Positions 37,658 through 48,869 of a stretch of DNA of 64,000 bases are shown one piece after another; the first letter of the stretch is position 1, and each line of letters opens with the position of its first letter. Under the pieces are notes generated by a model. The model was not told where the DNA came from, ran no database searches, and saw only the letters and a program-made list of their open reading frames with translations. The stretch comes from Blasia pusilla (Eukaryota), in contig CM114271.1 of the NCBI GenBank assembly GCA_050084515.1, positions 12,710,001 to 12,774,000 on the forward strand, in the 5' to 3' direction. Made by a program: the position numbers and the translations under genes.

Positions 37658-38085
37658 TATTTATAAGTGTAATTATGGCTTCAAGTAGGTATGTAGTAAA
37701 GAAAATTAATCGATAATGACGACTACACCCGTCAAGAGGGGAAAACGTTGTTGAGTTGTCTAATTTGAGAATTGTCGCCATTGAATATGTGTTACACAAA
37801 AAATAGTATAAATACAAATGCTATGATATTTTCCTAACTTACAAATTTCGGCCTATTTCATGGATGCTAAACACTACTCTACTGTTTATGTGTAATTTTC
37901 TGAGTGAGATCTATCTAAGAAATTAGTTTGAAACAAAAATATACACTTTACAGTACATAATTATTTGGAATTTCCCACTCAATAAATTATTTTCTACTAC
38001 TTGGAAAATATATTTCCAATTTAAAGAATGAGAGATGGAAGGAAACATAAGAAATCCGAATAATAATAAAAAACTGATTTTTAAT

Positions 38086-38088
<3 letters not shown>

Positions 38089-38158
<70 letters not shown>
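38089..38158. repeat. (TC)35 microsatellite
   Basis: Perfect dinucleotide run. Confidence 0.98.
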
Positions 38159-38159
<1 letters not shown>

Positions 38160-38160
<1 letters not shown>

Positions 38161-40807
38161 GCACGCGACGGGACGTTGATGCTGCTCCATGTGAATTCAT
38201 CTATGTCTAGCGCAGACTCGACGAGCGAATGGCGGACAATCATCTGCACAGAGAGAGTGTGGTTGCATGTCGTAGCTCCCAGGCAACACAGAGCGCATGG
38301 GATCACTCTTGAGCTCGGAAGCACCGTAGATATGGATCGACTATCAGAGATGGGAAGCACGTGCACCACACAATTGTTGTTCGTTCACAGTTCCTTGTAC
38401 CACGCGAACGGGCCTGTGGGCCTAGACAGCAGCGCGAGTATCGTGAGCCCATGACGCAACCGCCTGTATCGACATATGTTTCCCACCAGGGACCTGGGTT
38501 GGCTTGTTGGACGTGTGATGGGCCACATAGGCAGAGGGACTGCCCACAACATGGGAGAGGGCCACGAGCGCCTCCGATTGCTCAGGAGCCATAGAGGATG
38601 GCCCCACCAGAGTTGCAGTGTGATCATTGTCACCAATATGGTCACACTAGGGATAGGTGTTATGATCTTCGCCGGGAAGTACGTCTAGAGGTAGGCAGAG
38701 GACTTGGGGGAGAGAGAGTTGGTGGAGATCGAGTAGTGGGTGATCGTGGTGGTAGAGTGCCATCACTAGTCACAAGAGATGGAGGACGTGCATCGGATGC
38801 AGCGCTCCTTACGCGCATCGATCAATTGGAGCGGAGGATTGCTGCCATGACGATGATGCACTTGCAAGCACGTGCAGAGTTGAGAGTATCTAGTGTGGCG
38901 CCAATCTCCACATCTTACCACGATGCTACTGAGGATTCTGTGGGGATGGGATTTATGTGTAGTGCGGCTAAGGTTGAGGCTGCTACGGTGGTGACTCATG
39001 ATGTTGCGAAAGTAACCAAGCCATCAAGAGGTATGGTTGAGATTGATCCACAGGAGGGGACCAATGGGCGGTAGGTCAGGGTTCCCCAATCGTTCACATT
39101 GTTGGAGGCACTATATACACCGTCGATGGTGCCTCGACGACCAATAGTGCCCATAGGTGAGGCACGTGGATCAACGTCACGAGGAGTTGGAGAGACGACT
39201 CCTATGCCGGATTGGGAGGAGCCAATGTTGAGCACGTTGTTGGAGGTGGCCACTAGGATGAGCCACGCTCCGTTGTTTTCCGCCATGGAGTTGGCGACGT
39301 TAGGAGTTTGACCAGCAGAGGTGTTCTGGTTGGCCACCACGTTGTATGAGCGTGGAGATATGATTTCCTCTCGTTCAGAGGTAGTTGAGGAGGTGGTGGA
39401 CTTGCCCTCGGAGCAGGTGCTCGGGACGTCCTCCACTGAGTCATGGCATGTGGCGGTGGCAAAGTTGGTAGATATGCAAGCTCAACCAGCCATAGAGCGA
39501 GCCATGATCACACCAGGTGTGGTGTTGTTGGATAATCGAGCATGAGTGTTTTGCTTGGTGTACCGCCCACAATGCATCCTACTTGATTCAGGAGCACAGC
39601 CCTTGATGTTAGGGAAGGGGGCGTGTTTGGCGTTGGGTTTACGGAAAGGTGACATTGAGCGTTGTCCCTTTCGTATATAGACCTCTATTGGGGGCGTATC
39701 ACCCATGCAGTACATGACTTGACAAGAGTTGGTGGTTAGACTCTAGCCACAACAAGTGATTACGACACCGAGCCATCTACCGGTGCTGTTTGCAGAGAGT
39801 AGTGGTGGTCGACCACGTGAGGATACGGTGACCACATTGGCAGCATTCATAGGTGGTGTTTGCTGATTAGGAGTGTTCGAGGAGAGGAGCACATATGCGA
39901 AGGATATTCTTGTAGCGGATAGTCCCACGGAGAGACATGCCATGGTGGGTGTCTGTTCCCATGGTGCAGAGTTGCTTTAATGTTATTGGGGATGAGCATT
40001 GAGATGTGTGGCGTGCAAACGAGCTCATAAGGCAGGTGTGGAGCCGCGTCTATGTTTGGAGCAGGGTACAAGAGTGTTAGATCTCTTCGGAGGGATCAAC
40101 ATGGCGGCTTACAACAATGTGGCATTGTTGCGGGGATGATGAAACCGATGGTGCTAGATGTGTGTAGGATAGGAGATCTTTTTGGATACATATGTGTGTG
40201 CTATTCTGGAGTTAGGGGGAACCAACTGCCAGCTAGGGGGGGGATTGTGGGGTCCCAGTGTATATGCGTGAGTATGTTTCATTTATAGATGGATCTACCC
40301 GTATGTTGGGGAATATTGGTGTTGTGTGGTATGTAGATAGATGTGACCAGCGATGTGTATGCGCACAACACCTGTCACATCTTATTTCGAGGTAGGTAGA
40401 GTCTTATCGAGTTGACGACATAGAGAGTCAGTGGGTTTTTTTAGTGTAACTTTGTCCCGAGATGTCGGATGAGGTTGGTGGCAGGTCTGTTGTGTAGGGA
40501 ACGTCGTTTATGGTGATTTCCCTATTTTGGTTTTAGTCCGTCATGTGATCCATTGACCGGGTCAACAGTCACCCGGTAACTTGTGCACGCATGTTACCAT
40601 TGCTAGGGCTTCTTTTGGGGGAAGAGCTTTTTGGCTCTTCCCAAGGATATAAGAGTGAGAGAGATGGCTTTCTCAAGCCATCTTTCTCATGTTGAGCCTT
40701 AGGAGCGCCTCTCTTGCATAGTGTGAATGTGTAGGATTTAGGGTGCTAGTGTCAAGATTCCCTCATAGCAGAGGATGGATGTGGTTTTATATGCTAATAA
40801 AGATACA
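38160..40807 (+). mobile_element. Truncated, internally deleted relative of the gypsy family (gag zinc knuckles, protease, PPT, 3' LTR)
   Basis: CWTCDGPHRQRDC and CDHCHQYGHTRDRC knuckles. Shares ELDPQ.G/EIDPQEG and PAIERAM..PGVV with 12690-13580. ILLDSGAQ protease motif. PPT 40235-40244 then TG at 40246; TATA-like ~40647; AATAAA...CA at ~40796-40807 (right end tentative). Confidence 0.8.
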
Positions 40808-42324
40808 TGAGTTGAATTTTAGGCCGGGTGAGCCGTTTTTACGGGGGCTGGTATTCTGGCATGAGAGAGTAAGAGAGGAGAGGAAGAGAGGAGAGTCTTT
40901 CTTCAAAAAAAAAGGTGGAATCCGCCTCCTCTCTTCAAAACTTTTTGATATTTTTGAAGTTTTTGTTTGCTTTCAAACTAATGAAGTTTTTAGAAGAGAG
41001 TACCAAGTGGACCACATTTGGGCCTAAACTGTGCTCCTTTTTCCAGGTTTGGAAAAACAAGTAGACATCAGAACACCACTGAAAACATCCTTCCATCACT
41101 CTCCATATGAGCCCAATTTGAATCACATTGCCTGTCTAAGCCAGCTCTATAATAAGTTAGGTTGATAATTTGATCAGAAGTAGCAATTTCATCTCAATGA
41201 AAGGTTCAAATAAAGACTGACTATAGTGTCAATAGACACCTGTGCCCTTCAAGGTTTAAATTTTCAGGAGATATGGTTGACATTATGGAGTTTTGACTCT
41301 TCATGCAAAAAGCAATAAATATGCCATCCAATCAATACTCATCCATGAGATGGGATTTTCCACAACACAATAAAACAATCATCATTGATGGTAGCCAAAC
41401 TCTTTCATGAAAACATTGGATGATGTTGTCTCATGAATGGGTGCATGAAGTATACGATGGACTGTTGTGCGATTGACAACTTGGTTTCACCATTGTCTCA
41501 GCCACTGCGAAATGTATGCATAAAGAAGACAAACGTGATCGGACTGAGAGGAGTGAAGAGGAATTGATGCACCCATGTCCATTCGCTCTTACTCTTAATA
41601 TCGGAATCCGGCAGGTTGCAACCCTTCCAACCCGTCGGAATCCGACAGGTTGAACCCTCTGCAACCCGGCGGCACCAGCCAATAGTTTGCAACTCTTGCA
41701 ACCCGTCGGAATCTGACAGGTTGCAAGACTGATGTCTCTCGTCTAGGTTATGTTGCAACCCATCGCTCTCTGACTCGTTGCTTGAAAATAGGAAAAATGG
41801 AAATGTGAGGAGACGTCAGATAACCCGTGAGGTTCCGATGGATTGCAAAAGCAGAAAAAGCCTCACGCCAATATCGGGTTGTGATCGAATATAATATCAG
41901 ACCATAAGCGTGAAGAGATTTGGGTGCGTTAAAAAATCCTCTTTATTTAAAACCCTATGCGAATTGGTTATTTATATCTGATTTCCTAAGCAAGAAAAAT
42001 CTAATCTATGATCTCTTCAGCCTCGTCATCGACAAAAATATTCCTAAGTCTTTCCCGTTCCTCTACAATAAACTTCTCAGGGCTAGTCAGCAACTCCATT
42101 GCACGGTTGTAGATTGGAATTGAGAAGGAGGGAGCATCTGAGAGCCTTGTCCCCTTAGGAACCCCGTATTTGTCCCATGTGATCCCAAATGAGTCCCAAC
42201 GCCTGCCTCGATAGTTGATTTTAAAGCTTCTGCAAAGTGAAACCCATTGAAATCAATATTTGGTCCTTCCCCGAGAACCACCACATCTCAACTCCAAAAC
42301 GCTTCAAATCCAAGGCACCAACAC

Positions 42325-45300
42325 TCACTCGTCATCATCCAACAAATCCTCCAGAATCATCGCTGGCCTCGCCCTTCCAATTTTTGGGATAGCTGGTAGT
42401 GAGGATGGCATCACAACCAGTGGCTCCAGTGCAGGTTCCTTTACTTGTGCAAGCAACTCGTAAACGCCAATCATCCTTTCATAGTCTGACTTTTCCTCCC
42501 GGAGAAGTACAAACAAGGTGTTCCTCGCCTCAAGGCAGAGAATGTTTCGTCCACTCTGCCAAGTAGTTCTAACACTTGCCCCAGAAAGATCGACCAAATC
42601 TAGCACCAAATCACTTGGCCTCGAACACAGCTCCATCAAGATGTGCAGGAGAGCGGGTGATTTTTCCCTCCCACCAACCATAGATACCCCTTCCTCGACA
42701 AGGATTCCACGAGTGACATTGACAGGTTGTTCAGAGTGTATCCATCTAAACATGGATCAACAAGATCGTTTACCTCAAAAACCTTGAACATATGCTCTAG
42801 TTTGACAACACAATATACGTAGGAGTATTTGATCTGCAAACAACACGTGTAAAAATAAGCTTAGAATCGATGGGAGGAAGAGGTCTTCCAGGAGCAACCC
42901 GACCGAATCCAACAGGTTGCAAATGAAAGACGTCACTGAGGAAATTTTCTTTTAGGGGTCTCTGAGCATTCAGACGCTTTGTTTCGCAACCGTGGATGCC
43001 CAAATTGCTGCCCATATGCAACCCGTCGGAGTCCGTCGTGTTGCTCTACACCCCAGAACGCAACGAGTGGTTGCTACAACCCGTCCAAGACCGACGGGTT
43101 GCAGGGGTTGCGGCAAGGCCTATTAGGGTGGGTGTTGCAACTCGTCGGAGTCCAACAGGTAGCAGGACCCACTCACTCTGTGGCGTGTGTTTTGCAACTC
43201 GTCGGAGTCTGTCGGGTTGCAGGAAACACTCCCTTTCTGGGTTGGGTTTTGCAACCCATCGAAGTCTAACGGGTTGCAGGACAAACTCCCTTTCTGGGCT
43301 GAGTTTTGCATCCCGTCGGAGTTTGACGGGTTGCAAGAAAGAACTACAAAAATTTTGGGTTTAAGTTATTGAACTTACTAAGCTTTGGTTTGAGGCCGAC
43401 CTTAGTGGGTAGTCATTCTTTACTACCCAAGATTGCACGGTTTGCCACTTCAACGATCGCTTCACACGCTGCAAGTTGAAGAGCTCATCCTCGCTTCCTC
43501 CGGTAAGAACTAGGAAACATCCAGTGTCACTAAGATACGCTTTGGCAAAGGAGAACATCATCGCGATCTGGTCATATATGAATGAATGTTCCAATCCGGG
43601 ACTGTGTCATGTGGATTTTCTGCCCACACTCTAAGGCCCGACGATAGATCACCAATGAGGAGGTCAACTGCAACCTCCTCACGGATCCCATTGACGGTCC
43701 ATGGGGCATGGCCACTTCACACAAGCTTACGTCCCAACAATGTCAACTTCTCCAAGGCAGGCGTGGACTCTTGTGCTGAGAACTTCTCTACTTCTTCCAA
43801 CAATGATGTCTGATGCAGGAGAATGATGATTTTTGCTGCTAAATCCTTGTGCTTCCCCAATGATGAGGGAGTCTAGGCAACATTCTTGTCCTCCCCCCCA
43901 CCCCTCGGAGAAATCGGGTGTCTCCCTCTTTCGCTTTTTGCGTGTGGGATGTCTGCTTGTTGGGATCTCCGTGATATTGAAATCCACTGGATTCGATTTT
44001 GGGGCCTCCTGTATCCGCCCTTCTTGTCTTGATGATCTTGCTTTGGATGGTTTGGGGGCCTTTACCTTGGCTTTCAACCCCGCAGTCGACTTGTCTTTTG
44101 CCGTGACTGTCTTTGACAAAACCTTTGCTGCCTCGTTGCTTGTGCCTCGGCATCTCCTTCGAAGTACTTCTCGATCTTGACCACAACTCGAACTCCTCCG
44201 CCAATTTGAGGCTAGCCTCCTCGCGAACCGGGTGAATTCTCTTTAAGTCGGCTTGAAGGCATTCAATCATGGACTTTCCCAGCAAGCGCAAGGCATCCGA
44301 GAACGACCACTCTCGTAGCCACTGGGAGATGATTGGGTCTGAAACCCCTCGGGGATGGTCTACCAATTTTTTCTCTGCCTCTATTCCGTGTAGATTGATC
44401 TTCATCACTTGGATTCGCCTGAATTCGGAAATCCCTAAAAGGGCAAATCAGTGAACTCGATCCAATGACACCTTTTCTACATTTGGTGCCTGGGGATCCC
44501 TCTTCCCTCTTTTGTTGCCTCTTGATAATGTCCTTCAACTCTTTGTAGAAGTTTGGCACAAGCTCGAGGTTCAGGACAGCGATATATTGCTACATCTTGC
44601 TTACAAGGTAATGGGTGGATGCCGACACCGCAACTTGAATGGACTTGGCTCTCTCAGAAGCCGAAACATTCCCTCTCTACTCAAGCTCCAATGTCGCGCT
44701 TCTTTTCACCGCCTGGATTTTTGAAAAGCCTCTTCCAAACAATCTGACAAAAACTGACGGTTTGCATCCGGGTCCATCGGGGCTGAGTTGCAACTCGTCG
44801 GAATCTGTCGGGTTGCACCTCGAGTCTAGTAAATTCAAAAATTCAACCCGTCAGAAACCAATAGGTTGCAAAGCCATCCAAAACAAGTTTGGGTTTGCAT
44901 GTATGTGCAACCCGTCAGAGACCGACGGGTTGCACATACACCCAAAGAAAGACTCATCACGTAAAGATCATGCAACCCATCGGAGTCCGACGGGTTGCAT
45001 GAAAGCCCACTCAAACCACGCCCTCTCCTGACTGAGCAACCCGTCAGACTCCGACGGGTTGCAATGCTAGTCTTATTGGGATTGCCGCAATTGAGATTGT
45101 GCAACCCGTCAGTCTCCAACAAGTTTCTAGGAAATACAATAGAGAGTCAAGAGAGTTCCACATATTGCAAATACGAGCATCAAGTTCTTCCTCTCGCAAT
45201 CCACCGGAGCTATTGTTAACGATGTTAGCAATTAAAACCCGTTCATTTTTTGGAAGAAAAGTTCAAGGATACTTACGTGTTCATGGAGTGCATGGCCATT

Positions 45301-46473
45301 TCCACCATGACCATGTGATTCGGGTAGGGATGGAGGACCACTGCCTTTACCCAAAAGTGAGCCTCAAGGGAGTTTGGACGCTCTGCTGCAAACTACGACC
45401 AAGCCTTGAATCGGTGGATGTCATCCCACATGAGAAGTACATAAAGTGCATCCATTTGTATTGGGTTCCTGCCACTGCCTTTCGGAACTCCACGTCCCTT
45501 AGCCTCCAAAAAGCATTGAGACTCTCCAGATCTTCCTCCGTTACCAACGCCTGGGTTCCATGCTCATCATACGATTGAACATAAAGTGGTGGGAAGCTAT
45601 CAACATATGAAGTTTTCACCACGGACTGCTTCAACTTGTCAATATCTTCCTCCGATTGGATTTCTCTAACGTATTCCATCATTCAGAGTCGGCATAGAGG
45701 AATCCTCGGGCCATTTGGGTCAACCACCAGTGCCATCTGCTTCACCACTTGCTCGAATGTCACACAGTCAATTCACATTTCCTAACGACGAGCACTAATG
45801 CAGTGCGGAGAGAACTGAAGAACAATGCTTACCTGCTCAAAAATTGGGTCCATGTCAAGTCCACCAAGCTACTCTTGAGCCTCATCTGGCAAGTCTTCTG
45901 GAAACTCTTCAATTTCAAAGAGATCGAATTCTTCAACTGGCTTTTGAGATGTCAAAGACTCTTCTCCTTCTCCTTCTCCATCCGAAATCTTCATGATCTC
46001 GACACTTGGGGTTTTAACAACTTCCTCATTGGTCTCTGGAAGCTCGTCGGTGTTGGTCTCCTGCATTAGACCACTCGACCTCATGGATGACACATCCTCT
46101 ATTTCCACACTCTCGGTGGGTCGTTCGGAGGGTTCTTCTTCTACTGCGACCGCCTTTTCCTCCCTGGCTTTTGCAAGTTCGGCTTTCCGAAAGGCGGTGT
46201 CTTGCTTCTTCTTCAACTTTATCTCCGACTCTATGCGTTTCTTCTCGGCCTTCTCCGCATTTGCAAGCAATTTTTCTTCCCGCTTCTCCTCTTGCTTCGC
46301 GAACTTCTCCAAATCAAGTTTTGCCAACATTTCCTGCTTCCTCATTTGGTTTCACACTCGCACTGCTCAATTTCCTCTCGCCGTACATCTACATGTGTCT
46401 GTCCGTCGCGTAACAGAAGACGGAGTACTGACAGACTTAGGCGAGTAGCTCCCGACCTTGCTGGCTTGGCCAT
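42325..46473 (-). pseudogene. Multi-exon TE-associated gene: K/E-rich coiled coil, ParB/Srx-like domain, helical region, degenerate N4/N6 (beta-class) DNA methyltransferase fold
   Basis: PRIPLCRL.MMEYVR...MWDDIHRFKAW (ParB DGxHR-like, ~45400-45715); VDLLIGDLSSG (~43637-43668) and AKAYLSDTG; EKSPALLHILMELCSRPSDLVLDLVDLSGASVRTTWQSGRNILCLE (~42530-42670), which follows the K-P..L...S.PGD.VLDPF.GSG.T......GR..IG.E template. Confidence 0.62.
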
Positions 46474-46828
46474 TTTTTTTAGTTATCCTGAAATAAGCGG
46501 AAAATTGAACACTACGCGAGGGGTTTTCACCTAAATTGTCGTTTCCTCTGAAAAGAATCGATTCAACTCAAACCGTCGTCACCAAATATTTTAGCCCCCA
46601 AATAAAGAGTCAACAACCAACCGTCAAAATGTCTAAGTAACTGGAAAGCCAATTTTCATAGTTGTCTGAAGAGGGGACCTGAAAGAAGCGCAGAAAAGTG
46701 TAGAATGGATAGTGAAAAGCCTCAAAACTGGTCCTCATATACTTTCAGAGCTGTTGGACTTGACCATTGGTACGATGGTCAAACGTTGGTGTCCAATGGA
46801 TAACTGGTTGTACAACGATGGACAGTTA

Positions 46829-48437
46829 CAATGCAAGTTCTGCGTGGTCCGCTTGCAACCCGTCGTAGTCCAACGGGTTGTTGGCATAGATCCCGCTCAG
46901 TTCTTGCAACACGTCGGACCCCGACGGGTTGCAAGGTGCCCATCCATCTTGGGTCCTATGCAACCCGTCGGACTCCAACGGGTTGCACGTGGACTGTAAT
47001 GTACTAGAATTATAAGAATTGATCTTTTTAAGGTGATTTATGGAGTTTGATCCCCAGGAGGATCACAATTATCTAAAAAGGAAGTTAAAGTCTATCATTT
47101 ACGTGAGTTTGATAGTTATGTTGATACAAAATAGATTCAAATATTCATCAACCTATTCTCCTTCTTACAAGTACCAAGATGTTCCTTTCCTCTATACTCT
47201 CCCGTGGAATTGAATTCATGCTGAGGCAGATCTTCACTCAACACCATAGAACCTCACAAAGATCTCAACAAGAAGATGGCTTCTCCTACTTTCGGAACTC
47301 AATCCGTCTTGGCATGCTACTCTCTGTCGAACATATGTCTTACAACTTGCCGTTGATTATTCTAATGGTGAAAGTGCTCTCCCGATCTATTCTTCACTCT
47401 GCAGACCGAATAAGATGATTCATGAATACATGCCGCACATCAGAATGGAGAAAGTCAGTTCTTTACTATTCCATCAAGAATGAGAAAGATTCAAAGTGTA
47501 TACAAGCATGAGAGGGTACTACTCCCTTGCTCAGACCATTCCTATAACATAAGGACTTCGTGAGCGAATGATGTTGATAGCTACTTTCATGCTTCTTAAA
47601 TATCCTTCGAGACAGTAATAGTCCTAAAGATATGAAGCGCTTCTTCTAAATCTAGTACCTATTGGGATCTTGTAACTACTTTGATCTACGTTTCTCTTAT
47701 CTTTTCCTAGGATCCTTATGAATCTTCTGGTTGTAACTGTCCTAACTTCTTATCCGGTCCAAAAAGTCACATCTCTTCCTAGCCGAACTACTCTAACGGT
47801 ATATTGCTTGAAATAGCAACCAATCTTAGTTTCGCTGCGAAGTTAGAACCTCTTCTTCTTCCCTTGAGGACGAAGCTCTTCCTCTTTGTCTGAGGATGAA
47901 GCGCTACATTCTTCGCCCTTGTTCCAAGTGCTTCGTTCTTCATTCTTCCATGAAGCATTGATGCTTTGTCTTAGTGCTTTGTTGAAGAGCGAAGTAATTC
48001 TTCCTCTTCTTCATCGTGCTTTGTTCAAGAGCGAAGCACTTATTAAACTTCGTTATCTTTGCCAAGCTTCGTTGTTGGTCTTTAGACTTTGTTACCTCAT
48101 TTTCCTCTCCTCCAAGGCAAGTCCTTGATTTTCCATCCCTCTCCCTTATCCTAGGAGCTTCATAGTCAATTCCATTACTCTTCATTCTTCAATCCGTTAA
48201 AATAATATCCAAGATAACTTTGTATATACAAACTTTACTTCAAATAGTCCTTAACCTTGAATCAAAATGTATAAATCTCCAAAATTACAAAATCTTGGGT
48301 ATCACATGGACTCCCTTGAGCCTGTATCTCATGCAACCCGTCTGACTCCGACGGCTTGCACAAGGACCATTCAACTTGATTCATGCAACCCGTTAGACTC
48401 CGATGGGTTGCACGCAGACCACGCGGAACATGCACCG
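46829..48437. mobile_element. MITE-like TIR element (about 290 bp once the nested LTR is removed), flanked by TA
   Basis: Left TA|CAATGCAAGTTCTGCGTGGTCCGCTTGCAACCC; right end reverse-complemented TA|CGGTGCATGTTCCGCGTGGTCTGCGTGCAACCC. The interior consists of five palindrome copies. Confidence 0.7.
46995..48306. mobile_element. Solo LTR (1312 bp) nested in the MITE
   Basis: TGTAAT...ATCACA termini with exact 5-bp TSD TGGAC (46990-46994 and 48307-48311); contains no palindrome copies. Confidence 0.8.
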
Positions 48438-48869
48438 TAATCTAGGCACTGAACCTATGCAATAATTCTGCAATCCGTCAGACTCCAATGGGTTGTATCA
48501 TCCCACCCAAACTCGATTCAACTCGACAAAATGCTTAGGGCTCGTTGCTTCAACATCCCTGCCGACGATTTCCAACCCGTCGCACTCTGACGGGTTGATC
48601 TTTCCCTTAAGTCGATATTCCAACCTGTCCGGCTCCCCATATTCAAGGAAGTTTGGCAAATCCTCGGCCACTATTGAGTAAACATCATGTCCAAATATTC
48701 CTTTCTGGAAGGTCTTGTCAACTAACTACCAACTGCATATTAGACATATTCTGTCCGAATTTAAACGGACACTGTTCACTATAAATTCAACATTCTTATT
48801 CTTATTCTTATTCTCATTCTCATTCTCATTCTCATTCTCATTCTCATTCTTATTCTATCTTGGCAATCA

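Noticed and set aside
38035-38454. 139-aa ORF with SLSLSL run (and RERERE on the other strand)
   Set aside because: Artefact of the (TC)35 microsatellite abutting gag remnants.
43017-45120. CRISPR-like arrays (29-bp palindromes every ~57-65 bp)
   Set aside because: Repeats are degenerate, several spacers are copies of each other (e.g. 43222-43249 vs 43279-43306), arrays sit in introns of a eukaryotic TE, and there are no cas genes.
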